The position numbers were made by a program, and so were the translations under genes. From Truepera sp. (GTDB lineage: Bacteria > Deinococcota > Deinococci > Deinococcales > Trueperaceae): a stretch of 64,000 nt of DNA. Shown one piece after another: positions 19,447 to 28,809 of the stretch (the first letter of the stretch is position 1; every line of letters begins with the position of its first letter). The stretch lies in NCBI GenBank assembly GCA_965218435.1, contig CBDCKW010000005.1, forward strand, positions 160,001 to 224,000. Direction: 5' to 3'. A model generated the notes under the pieces. The model was given only the letters and a program-made list of their open reading frames with translations. It was not told the origin of the DNA and did not search any database.

Positions 19447-21224
19447 GCCAGCGCCTCTTCGAGTCCTGTCCGCAGCAAGCCAGCGAAGTGCGATGAAGGG
19501 TTAGCAGCCAGCGCCTTGCGATTGCCGAACTCGATACAGCGCCCCCCGTCCAAGATCATGATCTCGTCCACCCGCTGCACCGTCGCCAGTCGGTGGGCGA
19601 TGATGATGGCGGTCCGGCCTTCCAGCAGGCGGTCGATGGCACGCCCGAGTTGCTGCTCTGTGGCAGGGTCAAGCCGGGACGAAGCCTCGTCGAGGATCAC
19701 CAAGCCGGGGTCTTTCAGGAACACCCGCACGAACGCCAAAAGTTGCGCCTGCCCCGCCGAGAGGTCGCTCCCACCGGGGGCGAGGCGGCTGTCGAGTCCC
19801 TCGGGCAACGACCGGTACCAGGGGCCGAGCCCGACTTCGTGCAATACCGCGAGCATGCGCTCGTCATAGACGTTGGGGTCAAAAAGCGAAAGGTTTTCGC
19901 GCACAGTCGCGTGGAAGAGCTGGATCTCCTGCGTCACCATCCCGACACCTTTGTGGACGGCCCCGGCTCGCAACTCGGGCAGCGGAACGCCGCCAAGGTG
20001 GATCGTGCCCCCGGTCGGATCGTAAAGCCTCAGCAGCAGCCGGGTGAGCGTCGTCTTGCCGCTACCCGTGCGTCCCAGCAGCCCCAGCTTCGCGCCCGGG
20101 CGGAGCATGAACGACACATCCTGGAGCACCCACTCGGGTTCCTCCTGGTCTTCAGCCACTGGGTAGCGGAAGGATACGCTCCGGAACGAGACTGCGGGCG
20201 CATCTTCAGTCAGCCCGAGCGTCCCGGCGTCCTCGAGCCGCGCCCTTGTGCCCAGCAGATCGGAGATGCGGAGGATCGATGCGCCCGCCTGCTGCAAGTC
20301 CTGGACCTGCCGCCCGATGACCTCGATGGGGCCGGTCAGGAGCTGGGTGTAACGGAATATCAGGAACACTGTGCCGATGGTGATCTCACCCCGCTGAAAG
20401 AGGATCGCCCCGCCGCCCAGGGCGATGACCGACCCTAGCGAGAACAGCACCGCCGAAAGGCTAAAGGTGCTCACGCCGATCAGGCTCGCCTTAAGTTGCG
20501 TGCGCAGGACCTTCCGGGCCTGCTCGAAAAAGCGGCGCATGACGTAGGCGGTTGCCCCGCTCGAGCGCACGTCTTCCGTGCCGGCCAGGCGCTCCTCCAA
20601 GAAACCAAACAGCTCCGCGTCGGCTTCTCTCGAGGCGCGGAAGTGGGGCACAGCCACGTCCCTCGACACGTAGACAACCACAAAGGTCAGGACTGTGAAC
20701 AGTACTAAAGCTGCGCCCACCCTCCAATCTATCCAGGCGAGGGCGACGAGCACGCCGAGCATCAGCAGGCCGTTGCCGAGCAGGTCCACGGCGAAGCGGG
20801 AAAAGAAGTTCTTGAGCCGCCCCACGTCCCCGTCGATCCGCTCGATGAGCGCCCCGGGCGTCTGGCCGTTATGGAAGGTCATATCGAGGCCGAGGACGTG
20901 CTCGGTCAGGTCCGCCCGGAGTTCGTTGGTCGCCCTGAGTCCTAAGTTCTCGGCGACGTATGCTTCGACTACAGACAGCAGCTGGACGCCGATGGTGAGC
21001 ACCAGAAACAGGACCGCCAGACGAACGAGCACGGCGTACGAACCACCGCCGGTAGCGGCGTTGATGAACTGCGAAAGGAGGTATGGGCTTACGAGCTGTA
21101 ATCCCACTCCGGCGAGCAGGAAGGCGAGCAGCAGGAGCGCTTGACGCCAGAATGGACCCACGTAGCCCACCAGGACGGAGCGGTACTGACCCAGGCCTAC
21201 CCCCATAAGGGTTCCCACACGCAC
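19443..21224 (-). CDS. ABC exporter subunit (heterodimer partner 1)
   Basis: [20 protein letters not shown]; 4-bp overlap with its partner. Confidence 0.9.
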   Translation of the reverse strand: MRVGTLMGVGLGQYRSVLVGYVGPFWRQALLLLAFLLAGVGLQLVSPYLLSQFINAATGGGSYAVLVRLAVLFLVLTIGVQLLSVVEAYVAENLGLRATNELRADLTEHVLGLDMTFHNGQTPGALIERIDGDVGRLKNFFSRFAVDLLGNGLLMLGVLVALAWIDWRVGAALVLFTVLTFVVVYVSRDVAVPHFRASREADAELFGFLEERLAGTEDVRSSGATAYVMRRFFEQARKVLRTQLKASLIGVSTFSLSAVLFSLGSVIALGGGAILFQRGEITIGTVFLIFRYTQLLTGPIEVIGRQVQDLQQAGASILRISDLLGTRARLEDAGTLGLTEDAPAVSFRSVSFRYPVAEDQEEPEWVLQDVSFMLRPGAKLGLLGRTGSGKTTLTRLLLRLYDPTGGTIHLGGVPLPELRAGAVHKGVGMVTQEIQLFHATVRENLSLFDPNVYDERMLAVLHEVGLGPWYRSLPEGLDSRLAPGGSDLSAGQAQLLAFVRVFLKDPGLVILDEASSRLDPATEQQLGRAIDRLLEGRTAIIIAHRLATVQRVDEIMILDGGRCIEFGNRKALAANPSSHFAGLLRTGLEEALA

Positions 21225-21527
21225 ACAGGCGTAGATAAAGAAAGCACCTCGAACATTATGACAGGAATTCGGTTACAACGGCCTAGGTCAGGTCCCTCGA
21301 TTAGCGAGCGCAGCCTCTAAAGTCAAGCTTAGGGCTTTCCGGTAGAGGGCTAGCTCCTGTCGACTTTGGTCTCGGAGTAAACCAGCACCACATGGATGGT
21401 CGTACCTGCGAAGTGTTGAAGTTGAATGAACCCACAAACCTTCAGGAGCCGACCGCCCTAGTGGTGCACCGTCTCCCACGGCCTTAATGGGCGGCCCAAG
21501 CGCCAGGCGGAAGGGTCGCGGCAGCGC

Positions 21528-22586
21528 CTACTCGTCCCAACCGGTATGGAGCCGAGGCTGCTCCCAGCTTCCGTCCGGCTCCCAGCGGATGAACGTCCCG
21601 TCGAACGGCCAGGCGCGGGATTCGATTAGGGAGAGGACCCGGGCGCGAGCACTCTCCACATGGTCGGCAGTTTCTGCCGAGATGACCCCCCACCTGATCC
21701 CTTCTCGGTATTCCGTCTCGTCCTTCCACGCCCAGGTCAAATCCGGCGCGACGTCCAGGTCGAGCTCGAGGTCAAACGTGTCGAAGCCTAGCGCAGAGCG
21801 CACGAAGGGCAGTTGGAAGTTGACGTACCAGCCGACGAACGCGCCCGTCTCGTGGTGCCAGCACACCCAAGTAGCAAAGTAGTTCCCGGGCCGAATGAGC
21901 TTCAGGACGCGCAGGCGACTCCAAACGGTGTCACCCATTGACCAAGCGCCGCTGTGCTGTTCTTCCCACCTCGAGGTACGCGGCGCGTTCCCCGCCATCA
22001 CCTGCAAGAACAGGGTGCTGATCTTGCACTGCGCGCCCGGGGTGAGCAGGAGCGCCGTCAGCTCGGGCGTGTCCTGGACGACCGTGACGGGCCTAGCACA
22101 GACGACTTTTTCGTTCAGCACCTCGTGGAACGTGACGGCCTCACCCGGACTCCAGTAGTGGCTCACTCCGACCTCACCCACCGTTCTTAGCACGTCGAGC
22201 ACCCTCGACACCTGGCGATCGTTCGCCACGCTGTCTAACGGCAGCCAGGCCACCTCCTGCAACATCCGCACGTCCGCCGCCAGATGCGCCTCTTCCGGGT
22301 CATGCCCCAGCAAGGCGGTCTGGCCCGCGTCCGCCTCGAGCAGGTGGCAAAGGCTTGCGCCGCCTCCGTACAGCTCCTCGAACAAGAAGCGCACGACCCG
22401 GGCGTCCAGCCCGGTCTCCTCGCGGACCTCACGCACGGCCGCTTCTTCGGGCGTTTCGCCCGGCTCGACGCCGCCGGGCAGCGTCCAGTAGGTGCGCCCG
22501 CCGTGCTCATGGCGCACCATCAGGATGTCGTTTCCGAGAATGATGGCCGCGCAAGCTCTTGGTCGCACCCTCCGGCTCCTTCTCAA
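21528..22586 (-). CDS. NUDIX hydrolase fused to a DUF402 domain
   Basis: PGGVEPGETPEEAAVREVREETGL Nudix box; C-terminal GWYVNFQ...DLELD...WKDE. Confidence 0.75.
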   Translation of the reverse strand: MRRSRRVRPRACAAIILGNDILMVRHEHGGRTYWTLPGGVEPGETPEEAAVREVREETGLDARVVRFLFEELYGGGASLCHLLEADAGQTALLGHDPEEAHLAADVRMLQEVAWLPLDSVANDRQVSRVLDVLRTVGEVGVSHYWSPGEAVTFHEVLNEKVVCARPVTVVQDTPELTALLLTPGAQCKISTLFLQVMAGNAPRTSRWEEQHSGAWSMGDTVWSRLRVLKLIRPGNYFATWVCWHHETGAFVGWYVNFQLPFVRSALGFDTFDLELDLDVAPDLTWAWKDETEYREGIRWGVISAETADHVESARARVLSLIESRAWPFDGTFIRWEPDGSWEQPRLHTGWDE

Positions 22587-22667
22587 GGCTGGGATTGAAA
22601 TGGCGCTTGACTACAGTAGGATAAGCCCTAACGCGGCCCCCAGACTTGGCGGGCGAGGAGGCCACAC

Positions 22668-23495
22668 GTGAGGATCGCGACCTACAACCTCTGGAACTCC
22701 CGCGTCCGCTGGCCGGAGCGGTTGGACGCGGCGGTCGAAGAGCTCGTGCGCCTCGATGCCGACGTCGTTGCCCTACAGGAGGTGGCGGCGCGGGTGGAGG
22801 AGCACGACGGGCGCGACGCTGCTGCATTACTCGCGGAGCGGTGCGGTTACGGCCACGTCGTGACCCGGCTCTACCCAAACGACCCGGACGAGGGAGTGGC
22901 GTTCCTGAGCAAGCAGCCGCTACGCGCCGTCGAGGCCGGGTGGGACACCGGCCTGTCGGCGCTGGCGAACTGCGGGCTCCGGGCGCGCGTGAGCGTCGGC
23001 GGCACTAAGGTCGTGCTCACGAACGTCCACCTCGACTGGGAGAACATCGCCGCCAGGGAGGCGCAGACTGCGCAAGTGATGGCGTGGATCGAGATGCGCT
23101 CGGAGGCGGGGTGTTACGAGGTGCTGTGCGGCGACTTCAACGCCACGCCGGACTCGAGCGTCTACCGGTTCCTGATGGGTCAGCAGACGCTGCAGGGTAG
23201 GGGACCCGGCCCCGGCTGGCATGACCTGGCGCGTTCTCACGCCGAGAGGAATGGCAGATCGCCCGAGCCCACGCTCGACTTCTGGCATAACCCGCGCTGG
23301 CGGGACGCACCGACGCTCGAGGTGCCGATGCGTGTTGACTGGCTGCTCCTGCGGGACCTCTTTAACACGGCCCTGCCCTACCCCAGCGTGCCGGACGCTG
23401 GCATTTTCGGCACCCACCCGACACCTCAGATGCAGGTGGTCCCTAGGGACCACTACGGCGTTTACGCGAACCTCTATTTCGGTAGACGGGACTGA
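22668..23495 (+). CDS. Endonuclease/exonuclease/phosphatase family protein
   Basis: ATYN, LQEV, GDFN, (R)DHYG. Confidence 0.88.
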   Translation: MRIATYNLWNSRVRWPERLDAAVEELVRLDADVVALQEVAARVEEHDGRDAAALLAERCGYGHVVTRLYPNDPDEGVAFLSKQPLRAVEAGWDTGLSALANCGLRARVSVGGTKVVLTNVHLDWENIAAREAQTAQVMAWIEMRSEAGCYEVLCGDFNATPDSSVYRFLMGQQTLQGRGPGPGWHDLARSHAERNGRSPEPTLDFWHNPRWRDAPTLEVPMRVDWLLLRDLFNTALPYPSVPDAGIFGTHPTPQMQVVPRDHYGVYANLYFGRRD

Positions 23496-23552
23496 GGGTG
23501 GCATGGATGTCCGGAAGGTTGCGGGTTGACAATGATTGATGATTGGCGTAGG

Positions 23553-23586
23553 TCGTCGCGTTACGCGCGCTCATTTCACGCATAAC
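23553..23586 (+). repeat. 34-bp lox-like site F
   Basis: TCGTCGCGTTACG-CGCGCTCA-TTTCACGCATAAC. Confidence 0.75.
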
Positions 23587-23931
23587 GCCGGCGGTAACCG
23601 GCGAGCATAGAATGCGACGTCAGAATGGCGACGACAATGGCACCTAAACCCGTGACAACCACCTAAGCCCTCTTGTACCAGGGCGTTGTGACAGGCACGG
23701 ACTTGGCGGCATTTGAGGTCCTACGCCGTCTGGACATTTGCTAGCTAGTGTGGCTGATGCGGCCTAACCCGGGAGTTAGCCTGCGAGAACTCGCCAAGAA
23801 GAAGCCGGAGCAGCTGCAGAACGCAACAGCGAGGGCTCGTCGGGTGCAACTCCGAGTTATGCAGCCGGCGGCGCAGGCAACGACCCCTACCACATGGCAC
23901 CCACCTGAGCGAAGGTCTCACGACGATGCGG

Positions 23932-24930
23932 CTACCAGGCGAGCCCATCCAGGTGGTTGTGGCCTGAAAGCACGCGAGCAATGCGCTCCCGCGCCGCTTC
24001 ACGCTCGTCCGCTACGGGGTGATGGGTATAGAGCGCGAGCTCACACTGCATGTCATAGAAGAGCAACCGTTCCCGCAGATGCTCGCGCTCGAACAGTTCC
24101 GGATACGCGCCACGCAGCCATCCAGGGACATCAGTGAGGGTGGTCTCGTCGAGCCCTCGTCCGCCGGGTACGGGAGGGTACTCACTCGCCTTCGCACACC
24201 AGCGGAGGATGATATCGAGTTCGACATCCGCTGGCTGGGCCAACGCCTCGGCGAAATCGAGGAGACCGGTAACGCGTCCTTCGTCAACGATCACGTTGGA
24301 TCCATGTACGTCACCGTGGACAAGGACGGGTTCGTCGGCAGCGAACAACGCCAGCCGCTCCCGGACCCAGTCGGCGACGTCGGCGAGTAGGCGCGAGTCA
24401 CACCCGGGCCGTCGCCGCGCAGCCTCGACCTGACCGAGCACCGCATTCACCACAGGTGGGTGGTACGCAGCCCGCGGCTTCCCGGCGAGCGCATCGGCCA
24501 GCCACGGCGGCAGCAGGTCCGCCGAGACAGGAACCCGGTGCAGCGCACGCAACGCAACGCCGAGGCTTTCGATCATTGCTTTGCGCGTGGGCACGTCTGC
24601 CCCCGGCCACGCGTCGTGCAGGGTTCGCCCGGGCACGCGTTCGGAGACGCACCACGGGCCGTCGGGGCCGTCGCCGTGACCGAGGTGTCGGGCGTGTGGA
24701 ACCTCGCTGCCGGCGAGCAGGTTGACGACTGTGGCCTCGTGGCGAAACGAGTCGCGAAACTGTCCGTTGCTCAGCCGTACGACGTATTCGTCGCCGACCC
24801 ACACACGGCTAACCCAGCCGGCCTTTGGAAGAAATCGCCCGGTTCCCGGTAGCCCAGCGGCCGCCAGCGTCCTCAGCAGGGCTGGGTCACTGGCAGGCTC
24901 GTCAACAAACGCTGCTGAAAGCTCGCCCAC
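23932..24930 (-). CDS. Aminoglycoside phosphotransferase (APH/choline kinase) family protein
   Basis: HGDVHGSN and LLDF motifs. Confidence 0.85.
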   Translation of the reverse strand: MGELSAAFVDEPASDPALLRTLAAAGLPGTGRFLPKAGWVSRVWVGDEYVVRLSNGQFRDSFRHEATVVNLLAGSEVPHARHLGHGDGPDGPWCVSERVPGRTLHDAWPGADVPTRKAMIESLGVALRALHRVPVSADLLPPWLADALAGKPRAAYHPPVVNAVLGQVEAARRRPGCDSRLLADVADWVRERLALFAADEPVLVHGDVHGSNVIVDEGRVTGLLDFAEALAQPADVELDIILRWCAKASEYPPVPGGRGLDETTLTDVPGWLRGAYPELFEREHLRERLLFYDMQCELALYTHHPVADEREAARERIARVLSGHNHLDGLAW

Positions 24931-25014
24931 GCCTCACCTCTAGTAAGACTCCATATAGGATGATTATGCCGCTCTTTGTCCTTTTGCGTGTGAACGGCCC
25001 ATTTGCAGCATTGG

Positions 25015-25048
25015 TGGTTGCCTTTAATACGCTCGAATACCGCATAAT
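25015..25048 (+). repeat. 34-bp lox-like site I
   Basis: TGGTTGCCTTTAA-TACGCTCG-AATACCGCATAAT; left arm 11/13 identical to site G. Confidence 0.65.
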
Positions 25049-25395
25049 ATCGAGAAAACATGGTGAGATATCGTTGCAGCAGTTCAGTAACGATGTCTCA
25101 CCCAACGAAGATCGAAGTAGAAAGCCGCCTAAAACAGCGGAATATAGTGCTCGAGTTGTGAGCTATGGGCCACAAAAAGCTACAAGCTTATCTATGCAGC
25201 GGTATCCATAGTTAGTTTGTTCCATCTATTGCAAGGAAACGGGCTTGGACAGGCAAAAATCTACCGAATTGACGCTGCGGCTAGCGGGGCAAATTTTCGT
25301 GACCTTGATTGTCCGAACTATATGCTCAAAAACACCGCGAGGCAAGTGATGGCAAATAAAGAACCTACTTCGTAAAGTAAGTGCGAGGTGAACCC

Positions 25396-26370
25396 ATGAC
25401 CGAGCCTGACGCTTCCGCCCCTCTTCAACCCGTCACCAGCTTTGACAGCCCTACCCTCGAGTTTGACTTTCCCGGGCTCGAGATCGGCTGCGCTGAGTAC
25501 GAGGAGGGACCCACCGGCTGCACCGTTTTCCACTTCCCGCAGTCTGCAAGCATAGCGACCGACGTACGCGGCGGCCTGCCGGGCGTGTTCATGGCAGGTG
25601 ACGGTCCTACCGAGGCCATTTGCTTTGCGGGCGGCTCGCTCTACGGCCTTGAGGCGTGTACCGGGGTGACCGCCGAATGGCTAGCTCGCCGTCAGGCATC
25701 GGGCAAGTCGGCGAACATTTTTGATGACATCGCGGTCGTGCGGGGTGCCATCATCTTCGACTTTGCGCACCGCCAGAACTTTATCTATCCCGATCACGCC
25801 TTAGGACGTAGTGCCCTCCAGGTAGCTCGACCCGGCCGCTTTCCGTTAGGACAATGCGGGGCAGGACGCTCGGCTGATGTCGGCAATGGCCTCGACTGGC
25901 AAGGAGAAGAACCAGGGGGTCAAGGGGGTGCGGTACGCGACTTCGGCGAGGTCAAGCTAGCGGTATTCACCGTCGTTAACGCCATAGGTGCCGTTGTAAA
26001 CCGTAACGGCGAGGTGGCGCGGGGTCATCTCGACCGTCAGACCGGAGAGCGCAGCCACCTGAAAGACGACCTCGAGGCGACCCTGGGCGCGTCCGATTCG
26101 GGTCGGCCCACCCGAGCAACGACCCTGACGCTGGTCGTGACCAACGTCAAGCTGACGCCGACTGACCTCACACAGCTTGGGCGACAAGTCCATAGCTCGA
26201 TGGCCCGGGCGATTCAGCCGTTTCATACCAGCTTCGATGGCGATGTGCTGTTCACCGCCACAACTGGAACGCACGAGATGCATGAACTAAGCCCGGCGCA
26301 CCTCGGGGTCCTAGCCTCCGAGCTGGCTTGGGACGCCGTACTGAGGGCTGTCGGCGTCAACCCTCAGTAA
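25396..26370 (+). CDS. P1/S58 (DmpA) family Ntn hydrolase, NylC-like
   Basis: EFDFPG..IG.AEYEEGPTG, DVRGG, AGGSLYGL, TTLT, DGDVLF. Confidence 0.8.
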   Translation: MTEPDASAPLQPVTSFDSPTLEFDFPGLEIGCAEYEEGPTGCTVFHFPQSASIATDVRGGLPGVFMAGDGPTEAICFAGGSLYGLEACTGVTAEWLARRQASGKSANIFDDIAVVRGAIIFDFAHRQNFIYPDHALGRSALQVARPGRFPLGQCGAGRSADVGNGLDWQGEEPGGQGGAVRDFGEVKLAVFTVVNAIGAVVNRNGEVARGHLDRQTGERSHLKDDLEATLGASDSGRPTRATTLTLVVTNVKLTPTDLTQLGRQVHSSMARAIQPFHTSFDGDVLFTATTGTHEMHELSPAHLGVLASELAWDAVLRAVGVNPQ

Positions 26371-26412
26371 CCTCAGTTTTAACGCATCGTTACGGCCTAA
26401 AGGCTGCTCAAA

Positions 26413-26446
26413 TGGTTGCCCTGAACGCGCTCAACCACCGCATAAA
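26413..26446 (+). repeat. 34-bp lox-like site G
   Basis: TGGTTGCCCTGAA-CGCGCTCA-ACCACCGCATAAA. Confidence 0.75.
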
Positions 26447-26502
26447 CGGTAACGACTCCTGGGCGTTATCGTTCAAGGTTTCACCAAGGGCTACGATGAA
26501 CC

Positions 26503-27552
26503 ATGCCTGCCACTCTGAACCGTAAACGCCTCGAGCTCGCATTTGACACTCTCGGCGCGGACGTCCGCGCGGGCCAAGCCTCAGCCACCGTCTTCGGCGT
26601 CGCCTCTGCTCACGAGACCGTGCGCCTAGAAGCTTTCGGGCAGACCTCCGGAACGCCCCTTACAACCGACCATATCTTCTTGCTGGCGTCGATCACCAAG
26701 CCCATCGTCGCAACCGCCGTGATGCAGCTCGTCGCCGACGGTCGTCTGCTGCTTAACGAACCCCTGGTCAAGCATCTACCCGAACTAGCAGCCCCCGGCA
26801 AACCGCAGCTCACTGCGTGGCACCTGCTCACGCACACCTCGGGTATCAGGGAGATCGACTGGCTTACAACGTTGCGGCAGCTTCCCGAGCGGGTGGTGAG
26901 TTTTGAGGTCGCCTGCGCTGAGATGCCGCTGTTTACACCGGGCTCGAGCTTTTCGTACAGCACCCTGACGTTCTACCTGCTCGCCGAACTCATCACCCGC
27001 GTTTCGGGTTTGCCATTTGCGGCGTACCTGGAGGTGCACATCTTTAGACCGCTTGGGATGAAAGACACGTCGTTCGACCCGCGTGGGCAACGCTCCCGGA
27101 TGGTCGAGGTCGAAAGGATCACCGGGCCAGGTGGCCCCTCTGCTGAGAGAGCGACGGACGCGTTTATCTCGTTCGCGATGCCGGGGGCGGGGTTATGGAG
27201 CACGGCTGAGGACCTCGTCCACTTTGGTCAGGCGCTCTTACGCCGTGACCCCGAGCTGTTACCGCCGACCTACGTCGAACTGATGAGCCGTGACCAAACA
27301 CACGGGCTGCTCGCGCCGGGGACCGTGTCAAGGCCCCAGCATCAGACGCTCGGCTGGCGCAAAGGTAAAGTTGATGGCTTCGACGTGGTGCCTGCCTCGT
27401 CCTCAGTGATCGAGCACGATGGGGCCACGGGCGGGCAGCTCTGGCTCGACCCGGAACACGACCTCGTGTTCGTTTACCTTACCAACCGTTTCGGGGCTGA
27501 CTCGAGCGTGCGGCAGCGGGCGCTTCAGGTGGTCTATAGTGCTTTGACTTAG
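26503..27552 (+). CDS. Beta-lactamase-family serine hydrolase
   Basis: SITK, LLTHTSG, YS(T), HDG. Confidence 0.88.
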   Translation: MPATLNRKRLELAFDTLGADVRAGQASATVFGVASAHETVRLEAFGQTSGTPLTTDHIFLLASITKPIVATAVMQLVADGRLLLNEPLVKHLPELAAPGKPQLTAWHLLTHTSGIREIDWLTTLRQLPERVVSFEVACAEMPLFTPGSSFSYSTLTFYLLAELITRVSGLPFAAYLEVHIFRPLGMKDTSFDPRGQRSRMVEVERITGPGGPSAERATDAFISFAMPGAGLWSTAEDLVHFGQALLRRDPELLPPTYVELMSRDQTHGLLAPGTVSRPQHQTLGWRKGKVDGFDVVPASSSVIEHDGATGGQLWLDPEHDLVFVYLTNRFGADSSVRQRALQVVYSALT

Positions 27553-27594
27553 TAGGGGCGGTCTTGAAAGCAGCGTATTCGCAGGCGAAAGGAC

Positions 27595-28419
27595 ATGATG
27601 TCTCACCGATCTCTCGGAACTCTACCAGTCGAATATATCCGGGACGTCGTTTATGGCCGAGCCGACGAGACTGAGTTGCTTCTCGATATCGTCCAACCCT
27701 TAACAGTCAACGGTCCACGTCCTGCTATTGTCCAGCTTCACGGGGGCGGCTGGATCAAGGGCGAGAAAGAACCCGCTAGTAATCACACCCTCGCACAACA
27801 CGGCTTTTTTACCGTCAGCATCAACTACCGGCTTAGCCCAGCTCACATTTTCCCGGCTCACATCCACGACTGCAAGGCGGCGGTGCGCTGGTTACGGGCC
27901 AACGCCGAGCGCTACAAGATTGATCCCAACCGTATCGGTGTCTGGGGCGGCTCTGCGGGGGGTCATCTTGCGGCCCTGCTAGGCACCTCTTATGGCGTTA
28001 AGGAACTCGAGGGAACGAGCGGTTCGCCCGGTTTTTCCAGCCGTGTTCAGGCCGTAGTCTCGGTCTGTGGCGCGAGCGACCTAAGCCAACCACCTGACGG
28101 CTACTGGCAAAACGATCCAGCCTCTGAACCGTCACTACTCTTTGGCGGCTTGGTACGTGACAAGGCAGAACTGGTGAGGCTAGCCAACCCCATCACGCAT
28201 ATCCGCCCTGATACGCCGCCGATTCTACTGATTCATGGTGACGAGGACGAAGTCGCGCCATTTTTACACTCACAGCTTCTCGACGTGGCTTTGCGAGAAG
28301 CTGGTGCGGACGTCACGCTGGTTCGGGCTAAGGGGAAAGCTCACGGCTTCTCCGAACCCTGGCAACAGCGAATTGACACGCTCCGCTTAGAATTCTTCAA
28401 GAAGCATTTGCAAAAGTAG
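27595..28419 (+). CDS. Alpha/beta esterase/lipase
   Basis: HGGGW, GGSAG, HGDED. Confidence 0.88.
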   Translation: MMSHRSLGTLPVEYIRDVVYGRADETELLLDIVQPLTVNGPRPAIVQLHGGGWIKGEKEPASNHTLAQHGFFTVSINYRLSPAHIFPAHIHDCKAAVRWLRANAERYKIDPNRIGVWGGSAGGHLAALLGTSYGVKELEGTSGSPGFSSRVQAVVSVCGASDLSQPPDGYWQNDPASEPSLLFGGLVRDKAELVRLANPITHIRPDTPPILLIHGDEDEVAPFLHSQLLDVALREAGADVTLVRAKGKAHGFSEPWQQRIDTLRLEFFKKHLQK

Positions 28420-28449
28420 ACGTGCTCAGTCAGTAGCAGGCTGTACATC

Positions 28450-28483
28450 TTTATGCAATACTGCGGCCCAATCCACGCACAAA
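28450..28483 (+). repeat. Variant lox-like site H1
   Basis: TTTATGCAATACT-GCGGCCCA-ATCCACGCACAAA; good outer inverted arms, divergent spacer. Confidence 0.55.
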
Positions 28484-28485
28484 AC

Positions 28486-28519
28486 CCTCGGTTAAAGAAG
28501 CGCTCAAGTGCCGCATAAA
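28486..28519 (+). repeat. 34-bp lox-like site H2
   Basis: CCTCGGTTAAAGA-AGCGCTCA-AGTGCCGCATAAA; right arm 12/13 identical to site D. Confidence 0.7.
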
Positions 28520-28809
28520 ACTGCAACATAATGCACTTCATACCCTGCTGAAAATAGCTGTTTTCATCCTAGGTGGCGTGCCAAAGGCACCACGGTACCT
28601 AATGGCGAAGTCGGTTAAGCCCCAAACTTGGGCTTGCCGCGCGCACGGCCCTACAGCTCTCGTCATGGATGGTTTCACGCCACCTGCTGAGATTATGACC
28701 AGTCGCTCGAGGGCGTTTCGGACGGATTCGAGCGCTTCGCTTCCTCATCGAAGTTCACGTTCGGTCCTATGAGCTCCAGGCGGATCAGATCGTCAAGAAC
28801 GTGCGTCAC

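Noticed and set aside
25308..25342. Possible extra lox-like sites at about 25321 and about 32915
   Set aside because: Spacer and arm matches are too weak or out of register.
403..28519. Classical integron
   Set aside because: The recombinase lacks an obvious IntI insertion. The sites are short 13-8-13 units rather than attC hairpins, and modules are multi-gene and in both orientations.
988..28519. CRISPR array or Xer dif/pdif sites
   Set aside because: Repeats are kilobases apart and there are no cas genes. CGCATAA resembles part of the XerC arm, but there is no 6-bp spacer followed by a TTATGTTAAA arm.
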